From an uncultured delta proteobacterium (GTDB taxonomy: Bacteria; Desulfobacterota; Binatia; UBA9968): DNA of 64,000 nt. The stretch's first letter is position 1. Each line of letters opens with the position of its first letter. The DNA lies in assembly GCA_963816145.1 (NCBI GenBank), contig CAWFJP010000003.1:1-64000 (forward strand), read 5' to 3'. Shown piece by piece: positions 50,743 to 63,113 of the stretch. Below the pieces are notes generated by a model that saw only the letters and a program-made list of their open reading frames with translations, had not been told where the DNA came from and did not search any database. The position numbers and the translations under genes are program-made.

Positions 50743-51903
50743 ATGAATATTCACGAATTTCAGGCTAAGGAAATTCTCAAGCGTTTCGGCGTAGTGGTGC
50801 CGCGTAGCATCGTCGCAACCACGCCGGAAGAGGCCAAGAGGGCCGCCCAGGAACTGGGTGGCGGGATCTGTGTCGTCAAAGCACAGATTCATGCCGGCGG
50901 CCGGGGCAAGGGCGGTGGTGTGAAAGTCGTCAAGTCGCCCGATGAAGCGGCTGCCAAGGCGGGCGAGATGCTCGGTAAAAATCTCGTCACCCATCAGACC
51001 GGCCCCGATGGGCGCCGTGTTCGCCGGGTTTTGGTCGAGCAGGGGCTCAACATCGCGCGCGAACTTTATCTCGCCATGGTGCTCGATCGGGCGCAATCCC
51101 GGGTCACCGTGATCTGCTCATCGGAAGGTGGCGTCGAGATCGAAGAAGTCGCTGAAAAACACCCGGAAAAGATTCTCAAAGAAACCATCGATCCGGTCAT
51201 CGGCTTAACGGCATTTCAATGCCGGCGGGTCGCTTTCGCATTAAACATCCCGGCGGAACTCACCGGCAAATTCGTCGGCGTCATGCAGGGGCTTTACCGC
51301 GCTTATGACGAGTGTGACGCCGCCTTGGCGGAGATCAATCCTTTGGTTCTGACCAAAGAGGGCCAAGTCTTGGCGCTTGACGCCAAGATGAATTTCGACA
51401 GCAACGCTTTTTTTCGTCAAAAGGATATCGTTGCTCTGCGCGATACCGACGAAGAGGACCCACGCGAAGTCGAAGCGAGCAAGTTCGATCTTTCCTATAT
51501 TTCCCTCGATGGTAACATCGCTTGTATGGTGAATGGCGCCGGTTTAGCGATGGCGACCATGGACATTATTAAGTTCTACGGCGGCGAGCCGGCGAACTTT
51601 CTTGACGTCGGTGGCGGTGCCGACAAGGCTAAGGTCGCCAACGCTTTTCGCATCTTGCTCGCCGATGACCGGGTCGAGGGTGTGTTGATCAATATTTTCG
51701 GCGGCATCATGCGCTGCGACATCCTGGCTCAGGGCGTCGTCGATGCCGCTCGCGAGTTGAGCCTCAAAGTCCCGCTGGTCGTGCGCATGCAAGGAACCAA
51801 TGTCGAGCAAGGGCGAAAGATTCTCGCTGATTCGGGACTGACGATTATTGCCGCCGAGACGATGGCGGACGCAGCCGAGAAAATCGTCCATGCAGTAAAA
51901 TAA
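50743..51903 (+). CDS. sucC: succinyl-CoA synthetase beta subunit
   Basis: [32 protein letters not shown]. Confidence 0.97.
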   Translation: MNIHEFQAKEILKRFGVVVPRSIVATTPEEAKRAAQELGGGICVVKAQIHAGGRGKGGGVKVVKSPDEAAAKAGEMLGKNLVTHQTGPDGRRVRRVLVEQGLNIARELYLAMVLDRAQSRVTVICSSEGGVEIEEVAEKHPEKILKETIDPVIGLTAFQCRRVAFALNIPAELTGKFVGVMQGLYRAYDECDAALAEINPLVLTKEGQVLALDAKMNFDSNAFFRQKDIVALRDTDEEDPREVEASKFDLSYISLDGNIACMVNGAGLAMATMDIIKFYGGEPANFLDVGGGADKAKVANAFRILLADDRVEGVLINIFGGIMRCDILAQGVVDAARELSLKVPLVVRMQGTNVEQGRKILADSGLTIIAAETMADAAEKIVHAVK

Positions 51904-51979
51904 TTTTGCATTGTCGATTTTGGTCATCAGGAAGGGAAAAGAAGAATTGACTTCGATTTCATTATGGCACTGGTCGGAT

Positions 51980-52010
51980 AATCCAAAATCGAAAATCCAA
52001 AATCCAAAAT
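51980..52010 (+). repeat. heptamer tandem repeat AATCCAA
   Basis: AATCCAA AATCGAA AATCCAA AATCCAA AAT; partially complementary tract at 51903-51923. Confidence 0.8.
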
Positions 52011-52016
52011 AATTCT

Positions 52017-52889
52017 ATGTCCATTCTAGTTAACAAGAACACGCGAGTTTTGACCCAAGGCATCACCGGTGCCACTGGACAATTCCACACCAAGGCTTGC
52101 AAAGACTATGGCACGCAAATGGTGGCGGGAGTGACGCCCGGCAAAGGCGGCTCGGCTTACGAGGGGATTCCGATCTTCGACACTGTCGAAAAAGCGGTCC
52201 GTGAAACCGGCGCCAATGCCACGGTGATTTATGTGCCGCCGCCTTTCGCGGCGGATGCGATCCTTGAAGCGGCCGACGCCGACATTCCGTTGATCATCTG
52301 TATCACCGAGGGTGTGCCGGTGCGTGATATGATTAAGGTGAAACGATTTCTTGCCGGACGGATCTCTCAACTACTCGGCCCAAATTGTCCTGGAACGATT
52401 ACTCCCGGCGAATGTAAGATCGGCATCATGCCGGGTCATATCCACCGCTCTGGGACCATCGGCGTCGTTTCACGCAGTGGTACGTTGACCTACGAAGCAG
52501 TGGATCAGTTGACCCGCTTGGGCATGGGCCAGTCGACCTGCGTCGGTATCGGCGGCGATCCGGTGCATGGATTTGACTTCCTTGATGTGGTGAAATTGTT
52601 CAACGACGATCCGGGCACCGAAGCGGTGGTGATGATCGGCGAAATCGGCGGCAGCTCGGAAGAGGAAGCGGCGGCGTGGATTAAGACCAACATGAATAAG
52701 CCGATGGCCGGATTTATCGCCGGCCAGACGGCGCCGTCGGGAAAGCGCATGGGCCACGCCGGCGCGATCATCTCCGGTGGTAAGGGTACGGCAAGCGAAA
52801 AAATTGCAGCGATGAAACAAGCGGGGATTCGCATGGCATCGTCGCCGGCGGATATCGGCCGCTCAATGCAGGAGGTATTAGCAAAGTAA
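52017..52889 (+). CDS. sucD: succinyl-CoA synthetase alpha subunit
   Basis: [21 protein letters not shown]. Confidence 0.97.
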   Translation: MSILVNKNTRVLTQGITGATGQFHTKACKDYGTQMVAGVTPGKGGSAYEGIPIFDTVEKAVRETGANATVIYVPPPFAADAILEAADADIPLIICITEGVPVRDMIKVKRFLAGRISQLLGPNCPGTITPGECKIGIMPGHIHRSGTIGVVSRSGTLTYEAVDQLTRLGMGQSTCVGIGGDPVHGFDFLDVVKLFNDDPGTEAVVMIGEIGGSSEEEAAAWIKTNMNKPMAGFIAGQTAPSGKRMGHAGAIISGGKGTASEKIAAMKQAGIRMASSPADIGRSMQEVLAK

Positions 52890-52890
52890 T

Positions 52891-53310
52891 ATGGCTATCG
52901 AAAGAACCTTATCGATCGTTAAACCAGACGCGGTGGCGCGCAATCTGATCGGTGTCATTCTCAGCAAATTCGAAGCGGCCGGACTGAGAATCGCCGGCGG
53001 CAAGTTAATTCGGCTTACGCCGGAGCAGGCCCAATCTTTTTATGCCGTGCACAAGGCCCGGCCGTTTTTTCAGGGTTTGTGCGATTATATGTCTTCGGGA
53101 CCGATCTTCGTCTCAGTTCTCGAAGGTGAGAATGCAGTTGCCAAGAATCGCGAAGTGATGGGCGCGACCGACCCGGCGAAAGCCGCTGCTGGTACGATTC
53201 GCCAGGCTTTCGGCCAGGACATCGAAAAGAACGCCGTGCATGGTTCCGACGCGCCGGAAACCGCTGCCACGGAAATCGCTTTTTACTTCAAACCCGAAGA
53301 AACGTTTTAG
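52891..53310 (+). CDS. ndk: nucleoside diphosphate kinase
   Basis: [17 protein letters not shown]. Confidence 0.97.
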   Translation: MAIERTLSIVKPDAVARNLIGVILSKFEAAGLRIAGGKLIRLTPEQAQSFYAVHKARPFFQGLCDYMSSGPIFVSVLEGENAVAKNREVMGATDPAKAAAGTIRQAFGQDIEKNAVHGSDAPETAATEIAFYFKPEETF

Positions 53311-53336
53311 CTATTCGCCTTATTGGGTGGGTTAAT

Positions 53337-54416
53337 GTGAAGGCGGACGGCAAGCCCAGTATCAAGGATTTGAGCTTCAGCGAGTTTGCCGAATATCTCG
53401 CTGCAGCCAACCAGCCTGCCTACCGCGCTAAACAAGTTTGGCAATGGCTGTTCCGCGAGCATGCCACCGATTTCGCGGCGATGACTAACTTGCCGGCGGA
53501 ATTGCGCGAGCAATTGGCCGGCGCTTTTACCATCGGCCGTTTGGCGATCCTGCGCCGCCACGAGTCCTATGACGGCACGGTGAAATTTCTTTTTGGCTTG
53601 ACCGACGGCAAGAGCATCGAGAGCGTCTTAATTCCAGAAAAGAACCGGCTGACGATCTGCGTTTCGACTCAAGTAGGCTGCGCCTATGGCTGCGCCTTTT
53701 GCGCTACCGGGCTTTTAGGGTTTAAACGCAACCTTACCTGCGGCGAGATCGTCGAACAGATTATCGAAGCCAACCGCTCGCTTTCGGACCCCCGGCGCAT
53801 TACCAATGTCGTCCTCATGGGCATGGGCGAGCCCTTGGCGAACTATACGCAGACTCTGCGAGCCATCGAGATCATGGTCGACGCGGCGTGGGGAATGGAA
53901 ATCTCGCCGCGGAAAATTACCCTGTCCAGTGTCGGTTTGGTGCCGCAGATCGAAAAGCTCATGGAGGAGACCAATGTCACGCTGGCGATCTCGTTGCACG
54001 CCGCCACCGAGGAACTGCGTGGCCGCTTGATGCCGGTCAATCGCAAATATTCTCTCGAGCAGCTGATCGACTGCTGCCGCAATTTGCCGCTACCACGACG
54101 CAAACGCATTACCTTCGAGTATGTTTTGCTCGGCGGTGTGAACGATTCAACCGCGGATGCGCTGGCCTTGTGCCGGCTCTTACGTGGGGTGCCAAGCAAG
54201 GTAAACGTGATTCCGTTCAATCCCCATCCCGATAGTGAATTTTACCGGCCCTCCGACAAGGCGGTGAAACGGTTTCAACAAGTACTGTTCGATCACAAGA
54301 TACAAGTCAATTTGCGCCGGCCGCGCGGCGACGACATCGCGGCAGCCTGCGGTCAACTTCAAGGGCAGGCGCAAAGTGAATCTCTCAGTGCCGCCCAACC
54401 GGTCGCGGCGAACTAA
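53337..54416 (+). CDS. rlmN: dual-specificity RNA methyltransferase RlmN
   Basis: CxxxCxxC (CAYGCAFC), MGMGEP, AACGQL. Confidence 0.95.
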   Translation: MKADGKPSIKDLSFSEFAEYLAAANQPAYRAKQVWQWLFREHATDFAAMTNLPAELREQLAGAFTIGRLAILRRHESYDGTVKFLFGLTDGKSIESVLIPEKNRLTICVSTQVGCAYGCAFCATGLLGFKRNLTCGEIVEQIIEANRSLSDPRRITNVVLMGMGEPLANYTQTLRAIEIMVDAAWGMEISPRKITLSSVGLVPQIEKLMEETNVTLAISLHAATEELRGRLMPVNRKYSLEQLIDCCRNLPLPRRKRITFEYVLLGGVNDSTADALALCRLLRGVPSKVNVIPFNPHPDSEFYRPSDKAVKRFQQVLFDHKIQVNLRRPRGDDIAAACGQLQGQAQSESLSAAQPVAAN

Positions 54417-54422
54417 ATTATT

Positions 54423-55283
54423 ATGAGTCAGCCAATCATCGGCGTCATCGGCGGCAGCGGCCTGTATCAGATGGAAGGCCTCAAAGGAGTACGCGAAGTA
54501 GCTGTCACTACACCGTTCGGCAAACCTTCCGATAAGCTCGTGCGCGGCAAGCTCGGCAACAGCGACTTGGTGTTTTTGCCGCGTCACGGCAAAGGACATC
54601 GCTGGTTGCCCACGGAGGTTAACTTTCGCGCCAACATTTTCGCCATGAAGAAGTTGGGCGTCGAGCGGATTATTTCGGTCAGCGCGGTCGGCAGTCTTCG
54701 CCAGGAAGTCGCGCCCGGTCATCTCGTCGTGCCGGACCAGTTTATCGATCGAACCAGCCAACGCCCGAGCACTTTTTTTGGCAGGGGGCTGGTCGCCCAT
54801 GTCAGCCTGGCTGAGCCATTTTGCAATCATCTCTCTGGAGTGCTGGAACGCTCGGCGCGCCAGGCCGGGGCGACGGTGCACCGCGGCGGCACCTATCTAT
54901 GCATGGAAGGGCCGCAGTTCTCGACTCGAGCGGAGTCACATCTGTATCGCAGTTGGGGCGCCCACGTGATTGGCATGACCAATTTGCAAGAGGCAAAGCT
55001 GGCGCGCGAGGCGGAGATCTGTTTCACCACTTTGGCTCTGGCGACCGACTACGATTGTTGGAACGAGCACGCCGGCGACGTCGAAATCGAGCAAGTCTTG
55101 GCGGTGTTGCAGAACAATGTCACGTTAGCCCGGCAGACGATCGTTACAGCGGCGGCTGCGCTAACCGAGCAGCGCACTTGTAGCTGTGCGAGCGCGTTAA
55201 AGGATGCTATCATAACCGAACGCCGCATGATTCCACGGAAACTTCGGCAGGATCTAAAGCCCATAATAGGAAAATATCTATGA
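54423..55283 (+). CDS. mtnP: S-methyl-5'-thioadenosine phosphorylase
   Basis: IGGSG, PRHG, EGPQFST, TDYDCW. Confidence 0.92.
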   Translation: MSQPIIGVIGGSGLYQMEGLKGVREVAVTTPFGKPSDKLVRGKLGNSDLVFLPRHGKGHRWLPTEVNFRANIFAMKKLGVERIISVSAVGSLRQEVAPGHLVVPDQFIDRTSQRPSTFFGRGLVAHVSLAEPFCNHLSGVLERSARQAGATVHRGGTYLCMEGPQFSTRAESHLYRSWGAHVIGMTNLQEAKLAREAEICFTTLALATDYDCWNEHAGDVEIEQVLAVLQNNVTLARQTIVTAAAALTEQRTCSCASALKDAIITERRMIPRKLRQDLKPIIGKYL

Positions 55284-56185
55284 GCGTACTGGTTGTCGGC
55301 ACGGTTGCTTTCGATTCCATAGAGACGCCCTCGGGCTCGGCCGAGCGGATCCTCGGCGGCTCGGCGTCTTATTTTGCCTTGGGTGCGAGTTATTTTGCGC
55401 CGGTGCGTGTCGTCGGCGTCATCGGTCAAGATTTTCCTCAGGATCACCTCGACTTGTTTACCCAGCGCGGCATCGATATCGAGGGCATCACGCGCGAGAA
55501 GGGCGACACTTTTCATTGGCGCGGCCGCTATCATGAAGATATCAACCAGCGCGATACCATAGAACTTCACCTCAACGTTTTGGCCGGTTTCAAACCCAAC
55601 CTCCCGGAAAGCTATCGCGACGCGGAGTACGTCTTTCTCGGCAACATCGATCCGGTGATACAGATGGAGGTGGTCGAGCAGATTCGCCACATGAAGCTCT
55701 TGGTGTGCGATACCATGGATTACTGGATCCGCGAGAGCAACGAAGCGCTGAAAACGGTTTTGCAGCGCATCGAGATGTTGGTGCTGAACGATTCCGAAGC
55801 GCGGCTACTGAGCGGCTACGACAACATTGTCAAAGCCGCGCGGGCGATCCTGCGCATGGGACCGAAGATGGTTTTGATCAAGCGCGGCGAGTATGGGGTT
55901 TTGCAATTTTCCAATTCTTCAGTTTTCGCCACACCAGCGTATCCTCTCGAAGAGGTTTTCGACCCCACTGGCGCCGGCGACTCTTTTGCGGGTGGCCTCA
56001 TGGGTCAGCTAGCCCGTTCCGGCGATGTCAGCCAGGGCGGCTTGCGCCGCGCCATCGTCTATGGCTCTGTGGTGGCGTCATTCACCGTGGAAGATTTTGG
56101 GGTCAAGCGGCTCACCGATGTTTCCCTGCCGGAAATCGAAGATCGCTACCAACGATTTATCGAGTTGACCGATTTTCATTCTTGA
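55280..56185 (+). CDS. PfkB-family sugar/nucleoside kinase
   Basis: GGSA, DPTGAGDSFAGG. Confidence 0.9.
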   Translation: MSVLVVGTVAFDSIETPSGSAERILGGSASYFALGASYFAPVRVVGVIGQDFPQDHLDLFTQRGIDIEGITREKGDTFHWRGRYHEDINQRDTIELHLNVLAGFKPNLPESYRDAEYVFLGNIDPVIQMEVVEQIRHMKLLVCDTMDYWIRESNEALKTVLQRIEMLVLNDSEARLLSGYDNIVKAARAILRMGPKMVLIKRGEYGVLQFSNSSVFATPAYPLEEVFDPTGAGDSFAGGLMGQLARSGDVSQGGLRRAIVYGSVVASFTVEDFGVKRLTDVSLPEIEDRYQRFIELTDFHS

Positions 56186-56189
56186 ACCG

Positions 56190-57143
56190 ATGGATCTTTC
56201 TGTTGTCATTCCCGTCTACAACGAGGAAGAAAATGTCGAACCGCTGATCGTCGAGATCGAGGCGGCTTTGGCGCCGCTTGGGAAAAGTTATGAAATTGTC
56301 ATGGTCGACGATGGCAGTAATGATGCGACTTTCGCTAAACTAAGATCGATTCACGAGCGCTTGGGCCAACTCAAGGTCGTTCGCCTCAAGCGCAACTTCG
56401 GCCAGACGGCAGCGCTGGCCGCAGGACTAGCGCGGGCGCGCGGCGCCGTGGTGATTCTTATGGATGGCGACGGGCAAAACGATCCCGCCGATATTCCAGC
56501 GCTTTTGCGCAAGCTTGATGAAGGCAACGATCTGGTGGCCGGCTGGCGGCACAATCGCCAAGATCCCTTTCTCAATCGTCGGTTGCCCTCGATGATCGCC
56601 AATCAGCTGATTTCCTTTACGACCCATGTGAAATTGCATGATTACGGCTGTACCTTAAAAGCGATGCGCCAGGATGTCGCGAGAAATTTGCGCCTGTACG
56701 GCGAAATGCACCGCTTTATTCCGGCCATCGCTTATGAGCGCGGCGCGCGCATCGCCGAATTGAAGGTCAATCACCGGCCGCGCCTGCGCGGCACTTCGAA
56801 GTATGGTATTAGCCGAACTTTGCGTGTCGTGTTGGATTTGTTGACGGTAAAATTTCTCAGCAGCTATTCGACCCGACCGTCCCATGTGTTCGGCCCCATC
56901 GGCCTGGGTAGCGCGCTTCTCGGTTTTATCATCGGACTATACCTGTCTGCGCAGAAACTGTTGTATGGCCAGGATATCGGCGGCCGGCCGCTGTTGTTGC
57001 TCAGCATTCTGTTAATATTCATCGGTTTTCAATTTGTCACCATGGGTTTATTGGGCGAGATGTTGGCGCGCACCTATCACGAGTCTCAGGACCGGCCGGT
57101 ATACGTGGTCGGCGAATTTCTAGAGGGAGGAATCGGCGCATGA
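56190..57143 (+). CDS. GT2 polyprenol-phosphate glycosyltransferase (ArnC/DPM1-like)
   Basis: IPVYNEE, DDGS, RNFGQ, DGDGQ, two C-terminal TM helices. Confidence 0.9.
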   Translation: MDLSVVIPVYNEEENVEPLIVEIEAALAPLGKSYEIVMVDDGSNDATFAKLRSIHERLGQLKVVRLKRNFGQTAALAAGLARARGAVVILMDGDGQNDPADIPALLRKLDEGNDLVAGWRHNRQDPFLNRRLPSMIANQLISFTTHVKLHDYGCTLKAMRQDVARNLRLYGEMHRFIPAIAYERGARIAELKVNHRPRLRGTSKYGISRTLRVVLDLLTVKFLSSYSTRPSHVFGPIGLGSALLGFIIGLYLSAQKLLYGQDIGGRPLLLLSILLIFIGFQFVTMGLLGEMLARTYHESQDRPVYVVGEFLEGGIGA

Positions 57144-58444
57144 AGTTGGCGGTAGTGGGAACCGGGTATGTCGGCTTGGTGGCGGGAACCTGCCTGGCCG
57201 AGAGCGGCAACGAGGTGATTTGCGTCGATATTGACGCGAAGAAAATCGACATGCTCCAAGGCGGCAAAGTGCCGATCTATGAGCCGGGCTTGGAAGAGAT
57301 GGTGCGGCGTAATGCCGAGGATCAGCGCTTGAGCTTTACTACGGATCTGCCCGGCGCGGTGAAAAAATCGGAGGTTATTTTTATCGCCGTCGGCACGCCT
57401 CAAGGACCGACCGGCCACGCCAATATAGAATTCGTCAAGGCGACCGCTAAGGACATCGCAAAAGCGCTCGACTCGTTCAAAATCATCGTGACCAAGAGCA
57501 CCGTGCCGGTGGGGACGGCGGATCGAATCATAACGTGGATTGCCGAAGAGACCACACATCCCTTTGCGGTGGCGTCGAATCCAGAGTTCATGAAAGAGGG
57601 CGCGGCGGTGGAGGACTTCATGAAACCGGACCGCGTGGTGCTGGGCGGCGATAACCCGCAAGCGCTGGCGACCCTGCGCGAACTTTACGAACCCTTTGTC
57701 CGAACCGGCAATCCAATACTCATCATGGACAGCCGCAGCGCCGAGATGAGTAAATATGCCGCCAATGCCATGCTGGCGACGAAAATCTCGTTTATCAATG
57801 AAGTCGCCCGGCTGTGCGAAGAGATGAATGCTGACATCGGCGAAGTGCGCCGGGCGATCAGTCTCGATCGGCGCATCGGGCCGCATTTTATTTTCCCCGG
57901 CGTCGGCTACGGCGGCTCCTGCTTCCCCAAAGATACCCGCGCCATGATCGGTATGGGCGGCGATCGCCAAGAGATGGTTCTGCTCAAAGCGGTCGAACAG
58001 GTCAATGAACGGCAGAAACAGTTATTATTCGACAAAGTCCGGGGTCATTTTGGCGGTGAACTCGCCGGGCTGACGTTCGCCGTTTGGGGTTTGGCCTTCA
58101 AGCCGCGCACCGATGACATGCGCGATGCGCCGGCGATTAACATCATTGAATCTTTGCTCACTGCCGGCGCCCGGGTGCAAGCTTTCGATCCCGAGGCTAT
58201 GGAAGAGGCGCGAAAAATCTTCGGCGACCGCATCCAGTATACGCACCGCAATTACGATGCGCTCCATGGCGCCGCCGCGTTGCTGATCGTCACCGAGTGG
58301 AATGAGTTTCGCCGCCCCGATTTCACCCGCGTGAAAAAACTTCTCACCAACTCGGTCATTTTCGATGGCCGCAACATTTATGATCCGGCGGATCTGCGCA
58401 AGCTGGGATTTACTTATTACTCGATCGGGAGAACTCATGGCTAG
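57140..58444 (+). CDS. ugd: UDP-glucose 6-dehydrogenase
   Basis: [20 protein letters not shown]. Confidence 0.95.
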   Translation: MKLAVVGTGYVGLVAGTCLAESGNEVICVDIDAKKIDMLQGGKVPIYEPGLEEMVRRNAEDQRLSFTTDLPGAVKKSEVIFIAVGTPQGPTGHANIEFVKATAKDIAKALDSFKIIVTKSTVPVGTADRIITWIAEETTHPFAVASNPEFMKEGAAVEDFMKPDRVVLGGDNPQALATLRELYEPFVRTGNPILIMDSRSAEMSKYAANAMLATKISFINEVARLCEEMNADIGEVRRAISLDRRIGPHFIFPGVGYGGSCFPKDTRAMIGMGGDRQEMVLLKAVEQVNERQKQLLFDKVRGHFGGELAGLTFAVWGLAFKPRTDDMRDAPAINIIESLLTAGARVQAFDPEAMEEARKIFGDRIQYTHRNYDALHGAAALLIVTEWNEFRRPDFTRVKKLLTNSVIFDGRNIYDPADLRKLGFTYYSIGRTHG

Positions 58445-59369
58445 ATATTTGATTACCGGCGGCGCGGGTTTTGTCGGCTCGCACCTTTGCGAGCATTTTC
58501 TCAATCAGGGGCACGAAGTCTTGTGCATGGATAACTATTCCACCGGCGCCAACGAAAATATCGGCCAGTTTCAGAAAAATCCCCGTTTCCGCTTTATCGA
58601 TCACAACGTGAGCCGGTATATTGAAGTCCAAGAACCGTTGGACTTCGTCCTACACTTCGCCTCGCCGGCAAGTCCCATCGATTATCTGGAGTTGCCGATT
58701 CCGACCCTGAAAGTGGGCGCCTTGGGCACCCACAACACCCTAGGCCTGGCTAAGGCCAAGAACGCGACTTACCTGCTCGCGTCGACTTCCGAAGTCTACG
58801 GCGATCCGCTGGTGCGGCCGCAAAGTGAAGAGTACTGGGGCAACGTCAATCCCATTGGACCGCGCGGAGTGTACGACGAGGCGAAACGATTCGCCGAGGC
58901 AATGACCATGGCGTATCATCGGTTTCACAATCTCGACACGCGCATCGTGCGCATTTTTAACACCTACGGGCCGCGCATGCGTATCCGCGACGGCCGGGTA
59001 GTGCCCAATTTCATCATGCAGGCACTCAAAGGCGAGCCGCTGACGGTCTACGGCCAGGGGCAACAGACGCGCAGCTTTCAGTATGTCGACGATCTGGTCG
59101 CCGGGCTCGACAAGTTATTGAAGTCCGATCACCACCTGCCGGTCAATATCGGCAATCCGTATGAGATGACCGTATTGGAGTTCGCCAAGAAAATTATCGA
59201 GATGACCAAGTCCAAGAGCGAGATTGTTTACAAGCCGCTGCCGGAAGACGACCCGCAGGTGCGCCAGCCCGATATCACCAAGGCGAGGATGATCCTTGGT
59301 TGGGAGCCCAAGGTGAAACTGGAAGAAGGCTTGGTCAAAACCATCGAATACTTTCGCACCAAACTTTAG
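58437..59369 (+). CDS. UDP-glucuronate decarboxylase (UXS)
   Basis: [28 protein letters not shown]; ATG at 58437. Confidence 0.92.
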   Translation: MARYLITGGAGFVGSHLCEHFLNQGHEVLCMDNYSTGANENIGQFQKNPRFRFIDHNVSRYIEVQEPLDFVLHFASPASPIDYLELPIPTLKVGALGTHNTLGLAKAKNATYLLASTSEVYGDPLVRPQSEEYWGNVNPIGPRGVYDEAKRFAEAMTMAYHRFHNLDTRIVRIFNTYGPRMRIRDGRVVPNFIMQALKGEPLTVYGQGQQTRSFQYVDDLVAGLDKLLKSDHHLPVNIGNPYEMTVLEFAKKIIEMTKSKSEIVYKPLPEDDPQVRQPDITKARMILGWEPKVKLEEGLVKTIEYFRTKL

Positions 59370-59379
59370 GATCTACCCT

Positions 59380-60306
59380 ATGCGAATCGTGGTTACCGGC
59401 GGCGCCGGCTTTATCGCCTCGAACATTACCGACGCTTATATTGAGCACGGTCACGAGGTTCATATATTCGATGACTTTTCGACCGGTCAGCGAGCGAACC
59501 TCAACCCCAAAGCCACGCTGCACCAGATCGACATTGCCGACAGCAAGAGCGTTACGCTGATCGAGCAGATCAAACCGGATGTATTGAGCCATCACGCCGC
59601 GCAAATGGATGTGCGCCACTCGGTGGCGGATCCGAGCTTCGATGCGCGGGTGAATATTCTCGGCTTTATCAACTTACTTGAGGGCTGTAAGAACGCCGGC
59701 GTCAAGAAAGTGATCTTCGCTTCTTCCGGCGGCGCGGTGTACGGTGAGCAAGAGAGTTTTCCCGCGCCGGAAAGCCATGCGACGCAACCCGCCAGTCCCT
59801 ACGGCGTGAGCAAGCGGACGGGCGAGTTGTATCTGTCCTGTTATCACCAAACCTTCGGTTTGCCCTATATCGCCTTACGCTATGCCAATGTTTATGGCCC
59901 GCGCCAGTCGACCAAAGGGGAGGCCGGCGTGGTGGCGATCTTTTTGTCGCTGCTCTTGACTGGAAAAACTCCGGTCATCAATGGCGACGGCAAGCAGACC
60001 CGTGACTATGTTTATGTCGGCGATGTCGTCGCGGCCAACGTCGCAGCGCTGACGAGCGCTTTCGTCGGCCCGGTTAACATCGGCACGGGTATCGAAACCG
60101 ATGTAGTGACGATCTACCATCATTTGCGCGACGCCGTCGGCAGCCGGCTGCAAGCCCAACATGGCCCGGCGAAAGCAGGCGAGCAGCGGCGCAGCTGCAT
60201 CGACAATCGGCGCGCCGGTGAAGTACTGGAGTGGCGGCCGCAAGTGGCGCTGCCGGACGGTTTGCAACGCACCGCAGTCTATTATCGCGATCATTTGAGC
60301 CAATGA
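59380..60306 (+). CDS. NAD-dependent epimerase (UDP-glucose 4-epimerase-like)
   Basis: [19 protein letters not shown]. Confidence 0.88.
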   Translation: MRIVVTGGAGFIASNITDAYIEHGHEVHIFDDFSTGQRANLNPKATLHQIDIADSKSVTLIEQIKPDVLSHHAAQMDVRHSVADPSFDARVNILGFINLLEGCKNAGVKKVIFASSGGAVYGEQESFPAPESHATQPASPYGVSKRTGELYLSCYHQTFGLPYIALRYANVYGPRQSTKGEAGVVAIFLSLLLTGKTPVINGDGKQTRDYVYVGDVVAANVAALTSAFVGPVNIGTGIETDVVTIYHHLRDAVGSRLQAQHGPAKAGEQRRSCIDNRRAGEVLEWRPQVALPDGLQRTAVYYRDHLSQ

Positions 60307-62096
60307 AACTCGAGCATATTCGAAACTTTTCAATCATCGCGCATATCGACCATGGCAAGTCGACCCTGGCGGATCGGCTATTGGAGTTCACCGGCGCGGT
60401 GAGCGCGCGCGAGAAGACCGACCAGATTCTCGACAGCATGGAACTCGAACGGGAGCGCGGGATTACGATCAAAGCGAGCCCGGTATGCCTGCGCTACCGC
60501 GCCAAGGACGGCAAGGAGTATAAGCTCAATTTGATCGACACCCCGGGCCATGTCGATTTCACCTATGAGGTTTCCCGCAGTCTGGCCGCTTGCGAAGGCG
60601 CTTTGCTGATCGTCGATGCCGCCCAAGGTGTCGAAGCTCAAACCGTTGCTAATGTTCACATGGCGATCGATCTCAATCTCGAAGTCTTGCCGGTGATCAA
60701 CAAGATCGATCTGCCGAGCGCCGAACCGGAGCGGGTTAGACAAGATATCGAAGATGTCATCGGAATCGACGCTTCCAACGCCATCCTCGCCAGCGCTAAA
60801 GAGGGCATCGGTATCGAAGAGATCCTCGAAGGCGTGATTCACTTTTTTCCGCCGCCCGAGGGCGATATCGATGCGCCGCTGACCGCATCGATTATCGATT
60901 GTTGGTTTGATCCATACCATGGCGCGGTGGTGATGGTGCGGGTGATCGACGGCCAAGTCGCCAAGGGTTCGCGGATTCGCATGATGTCGAGTGGGCGGAG
61001 CTTTGAAGTGACCCGAACCGGCGTTTACTCACCCGGCCCGGTGGAAACTACGGGACTCAGCGCCGGCGAAGTTGGTTTTATCATGGCCGGCATCAAAGAA
61101 GTCTCGGAAACCCGGATCGGTGACACCATTACACTGGACGACAATCCCGCCAGCAAAGCGTTACCCGGTTTCAAACCGATGAAACCGATGGTGTTCAGCG
61201 GCCTCTATCCGACTGAGGCCCATCAGTATCAGCCCCTGCGCGATGCTCTCGACAAGCTGCGCTTGAACGATTCGTCGTTTACTTTCGAGCCGGAAACCTC
61301 GCAGGCGTTGGGCTTCGGCTTCCGTTGCGGCTTCTTGGGCTTGTTGCATCTGGATATCATCCGGGAACGGCTCGAACGGGAATTCAATCTAAGTCTAATT
61401 ACCACCGCGGCGACGGTTGTTTATCGGGTGACCAAGGTGACCGGCGAAGTGTTGCTGATCGACAACCCGGTGCGCATGCCCAACGAAGGTGATATCGAAA
61501 AGATTGAAGAGCCGATCATCGATGCCTCGATCCACTTGCCCCAGGAGTTTCTCGGCGGCGTCTTGGGACTCTGCCAGGAGAAACGCGGCACCCAGAAAGA
61601 GATTCGATATCTCGGTCCGAAACGGGTGATGCTGGCCTACGAACTGCCGCTCAACGAGATCGTCGCCGACTTTTACGACCGGCTAAAGTCGGTGAGCCGC
61701 GGCTACGCCTCGATGGAGTATGAACTCGCCGGCTACCGCGAATCCGACCTGGTCAAGCTCGACGTCCGCATCAACGGCGACCTCGTCGATGCCATGTCGA
61801 TGATCGTGCACCGCGACAACGCTTATTACCGCGGCCGCGATCTGGTGCAAAAGATGCGCGAACTGATCCCGCGGCAGATGTTCGAAGTGGTGATCCAGGC
61901 CGCCATCGGCAGCCGGATCGTCTCCCGCGAAGCGGTCAAGGCGCTGCGCAAGAACGTCATCGCCAAATGCTATGGCGGCGATATCACGCGCAAGCGCAAA
62001 TTGCTAGAAAAGCAAAAAGAGGGTAAGAAGCGCATGAAGCAGGTGGGCAAAGTGGAAATTCCCCAAGAGGCTTTTCTTGCCGCGCTAAAGGTGTAA
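60303..62096 (+). CDS. lepA: translation elongation factor 4
   Basis: [24 protein letters not shown]; ATG at 60303. Confidence 0.97.
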   Translation: MKLEHIRNFSIIAHIDHGKSTLADRLLEFTGAVSAREKTDQILDSMELERERGITIKASPVCLRYRAKDGKEYKLNLIDTPGHVDFTYEVSRSLAACEGALLIVDAAQGVEAQTVANVHMAIDLNLEVLPVINKIDLPSAEPERVRQDIEDVIGIDASNAILASAKEGIGIEEILEGVIHFFPPPEGDIDAPLTASIIDCWFDPYHGAVVMVRVIDGQVAKGSRIRMMSSGRSFEVTRTGVYSPGPVETTGLSAGEVGFIMAGIKEVSETRIGDTITLDDNPASKALPGFKPMKPMVFSGLYPTEAHQYQPLRDALDKLRLNDSSFTFEPETSQALGFGFRCGFLGLLHLDIIRERLEREFNLSLITTAATVVYRVTKVTGEVLLIDNPVRMPNEGDIEKIEEPIIDASIHLPQEFLGGVLGLCQEKRGTQKEIRYLGPKRVMLAYELPLNEIVADFYDRLKSVSRGYASMEYELAGYRESDLVKLDVRINGDLVDAMSMIVHRDNAYYRGRDLVQKMRELIPRQMFEVVIQAAIGSRIVSREAVKALRKNVIAKCYGGDITRKRKLLEKQKEGKKRMKQVGKVEIPQEAFLAALKV

Positions 62097-62108
62097 ATTG
62101 GAGTCTTC

Positions 62109-62765
62109 ATGGCTGAAAAAGTAAAAGAACAAGCTGTTAGCGAGGGCAGCGTGGGACAGAAAGTCAAATCGACGTTTCGCGAGTACGCCGAAGCGATCTT
62201 GATGGCGCTGCTCCTGGCGCTGTTCATCCGCACCTTCATCGTCCAGGCGTTCAAGATTCCCTCGGGCTCGATGATCCCGACCTTGGCGATCGGCGATCAT
62301 ATTCTGGTCAACAAGCTCTCCTACGGCATACGTATACCCTTTCTCGAAAAATATCTGGTCGAGTTCGGCGCGCCGGCGCGCGGCGACGTCATCGTTTTCA
62401 TCTATCCCGAAGACCGTTCCAAGGATTTTATAAAGCGGGTGATCGGCGTCGCCGGCGACAATGTCGAAGTGCGCAACAAAAAGGTATACATCAACGGCAA
62501 AGCGGTGGAGGATAGCCACGCCCACTTCGAGGGCTACGATCCCCAGCTCGGCGGGACGGTGAACGGCGACAACTACGGTCCGAAGGTGGTTCCCGAAGGC
62601 CATGTCTTCGTTATGGGCGACAATCGCGACCGCAGTTACGACAGCCGGTTCTGGGGTTATGTCAGCTTAAGCGAAGTGCGCGGCAAAGCGTTTTTGATCT
62701 ATTGGTCTTGGGACGGCACCGACCGCTGGGTGCGTTGGGAGCGTCTCGGTAGCTTGATCCGCTAA
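62109..62765 (+). CDS. lepB: signal peptidase I
   Basis: IPSGSM, IKRVIG, GDNRDRSYDSR. Confidence 0.95.
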   Translation: MAEKVKEQAVSEGSVGQKVKSTFREYAEAILMALLLALFIRTFIVQAFKIPSGSMIPTLAIGDHILVNKLSYGIRIPFLEKYLVEFGAPARGDVIVFIYPEDRSKDFIKRVIGVAGDNVEVRNKKVYINGKAVEDSHAHFEGYDPQLGGTVNGDNYGPKVVPEGHVFVMGDNRDRSYDSRFWGYVSLSEVRGKAFLIYWSWDGTDRWVRWERLGSLIR

Positions 62766-62818
62766 CCGATGACGCCTTCGCGAGCGATGGAACCCCGAAT
62801 GAAAGGCTAATCGATGAG

Positions 62819-63106
62819 ATGACGAAAACAGTAAAAATACTATTGACCGGATTGTCGGTTTTGCTCCTGCTATTGGTGTTGGTCAATATCTTTATCGGGT
62901 TCGGCAACCAATCGATTCAGAGCGAGGTGAGCGAACGCCAGCAGGTCATCGCCCAGACCATGCAGCTCGAAGCGCTCAACCGGCAACTGATCAACGTGCT
63001 CGCCAATCTGGCGCTGAAGACCAACGACGAGCCACTCATGGGTGTGTTGGCTTCGGCGGGCATCAATCTGCAAACCGCCCCGCAAACTAAAGCGCCGGCG
63101 AAATGA
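62819..63106 (+). CDS. small single-TM coiled-coil hypothetical protein
   Basis: N-terminal TM helix, Q-rich heptads, KAPAK tail. Confidence 0.7.
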   Translation: MTKTVKILLTGLSVLLLLLVLVNIFIGFGNQSIQSEVSERQQVIAQTMQLEALNRQLINVLANLALKTNDEPLMGVLASAGINLQTAPQTKAPAK

Positions 63107-63113
63107 GGCAAGT

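Noticed and set aside
57086-57970. long antisense ORFs (this 294-aa one and similar ones opposite ccmF, mtnP, lepA and ftsH)
   Set aside because: Typical GC-rich antisense shadows of well-supported genes, with no recognisable motifs
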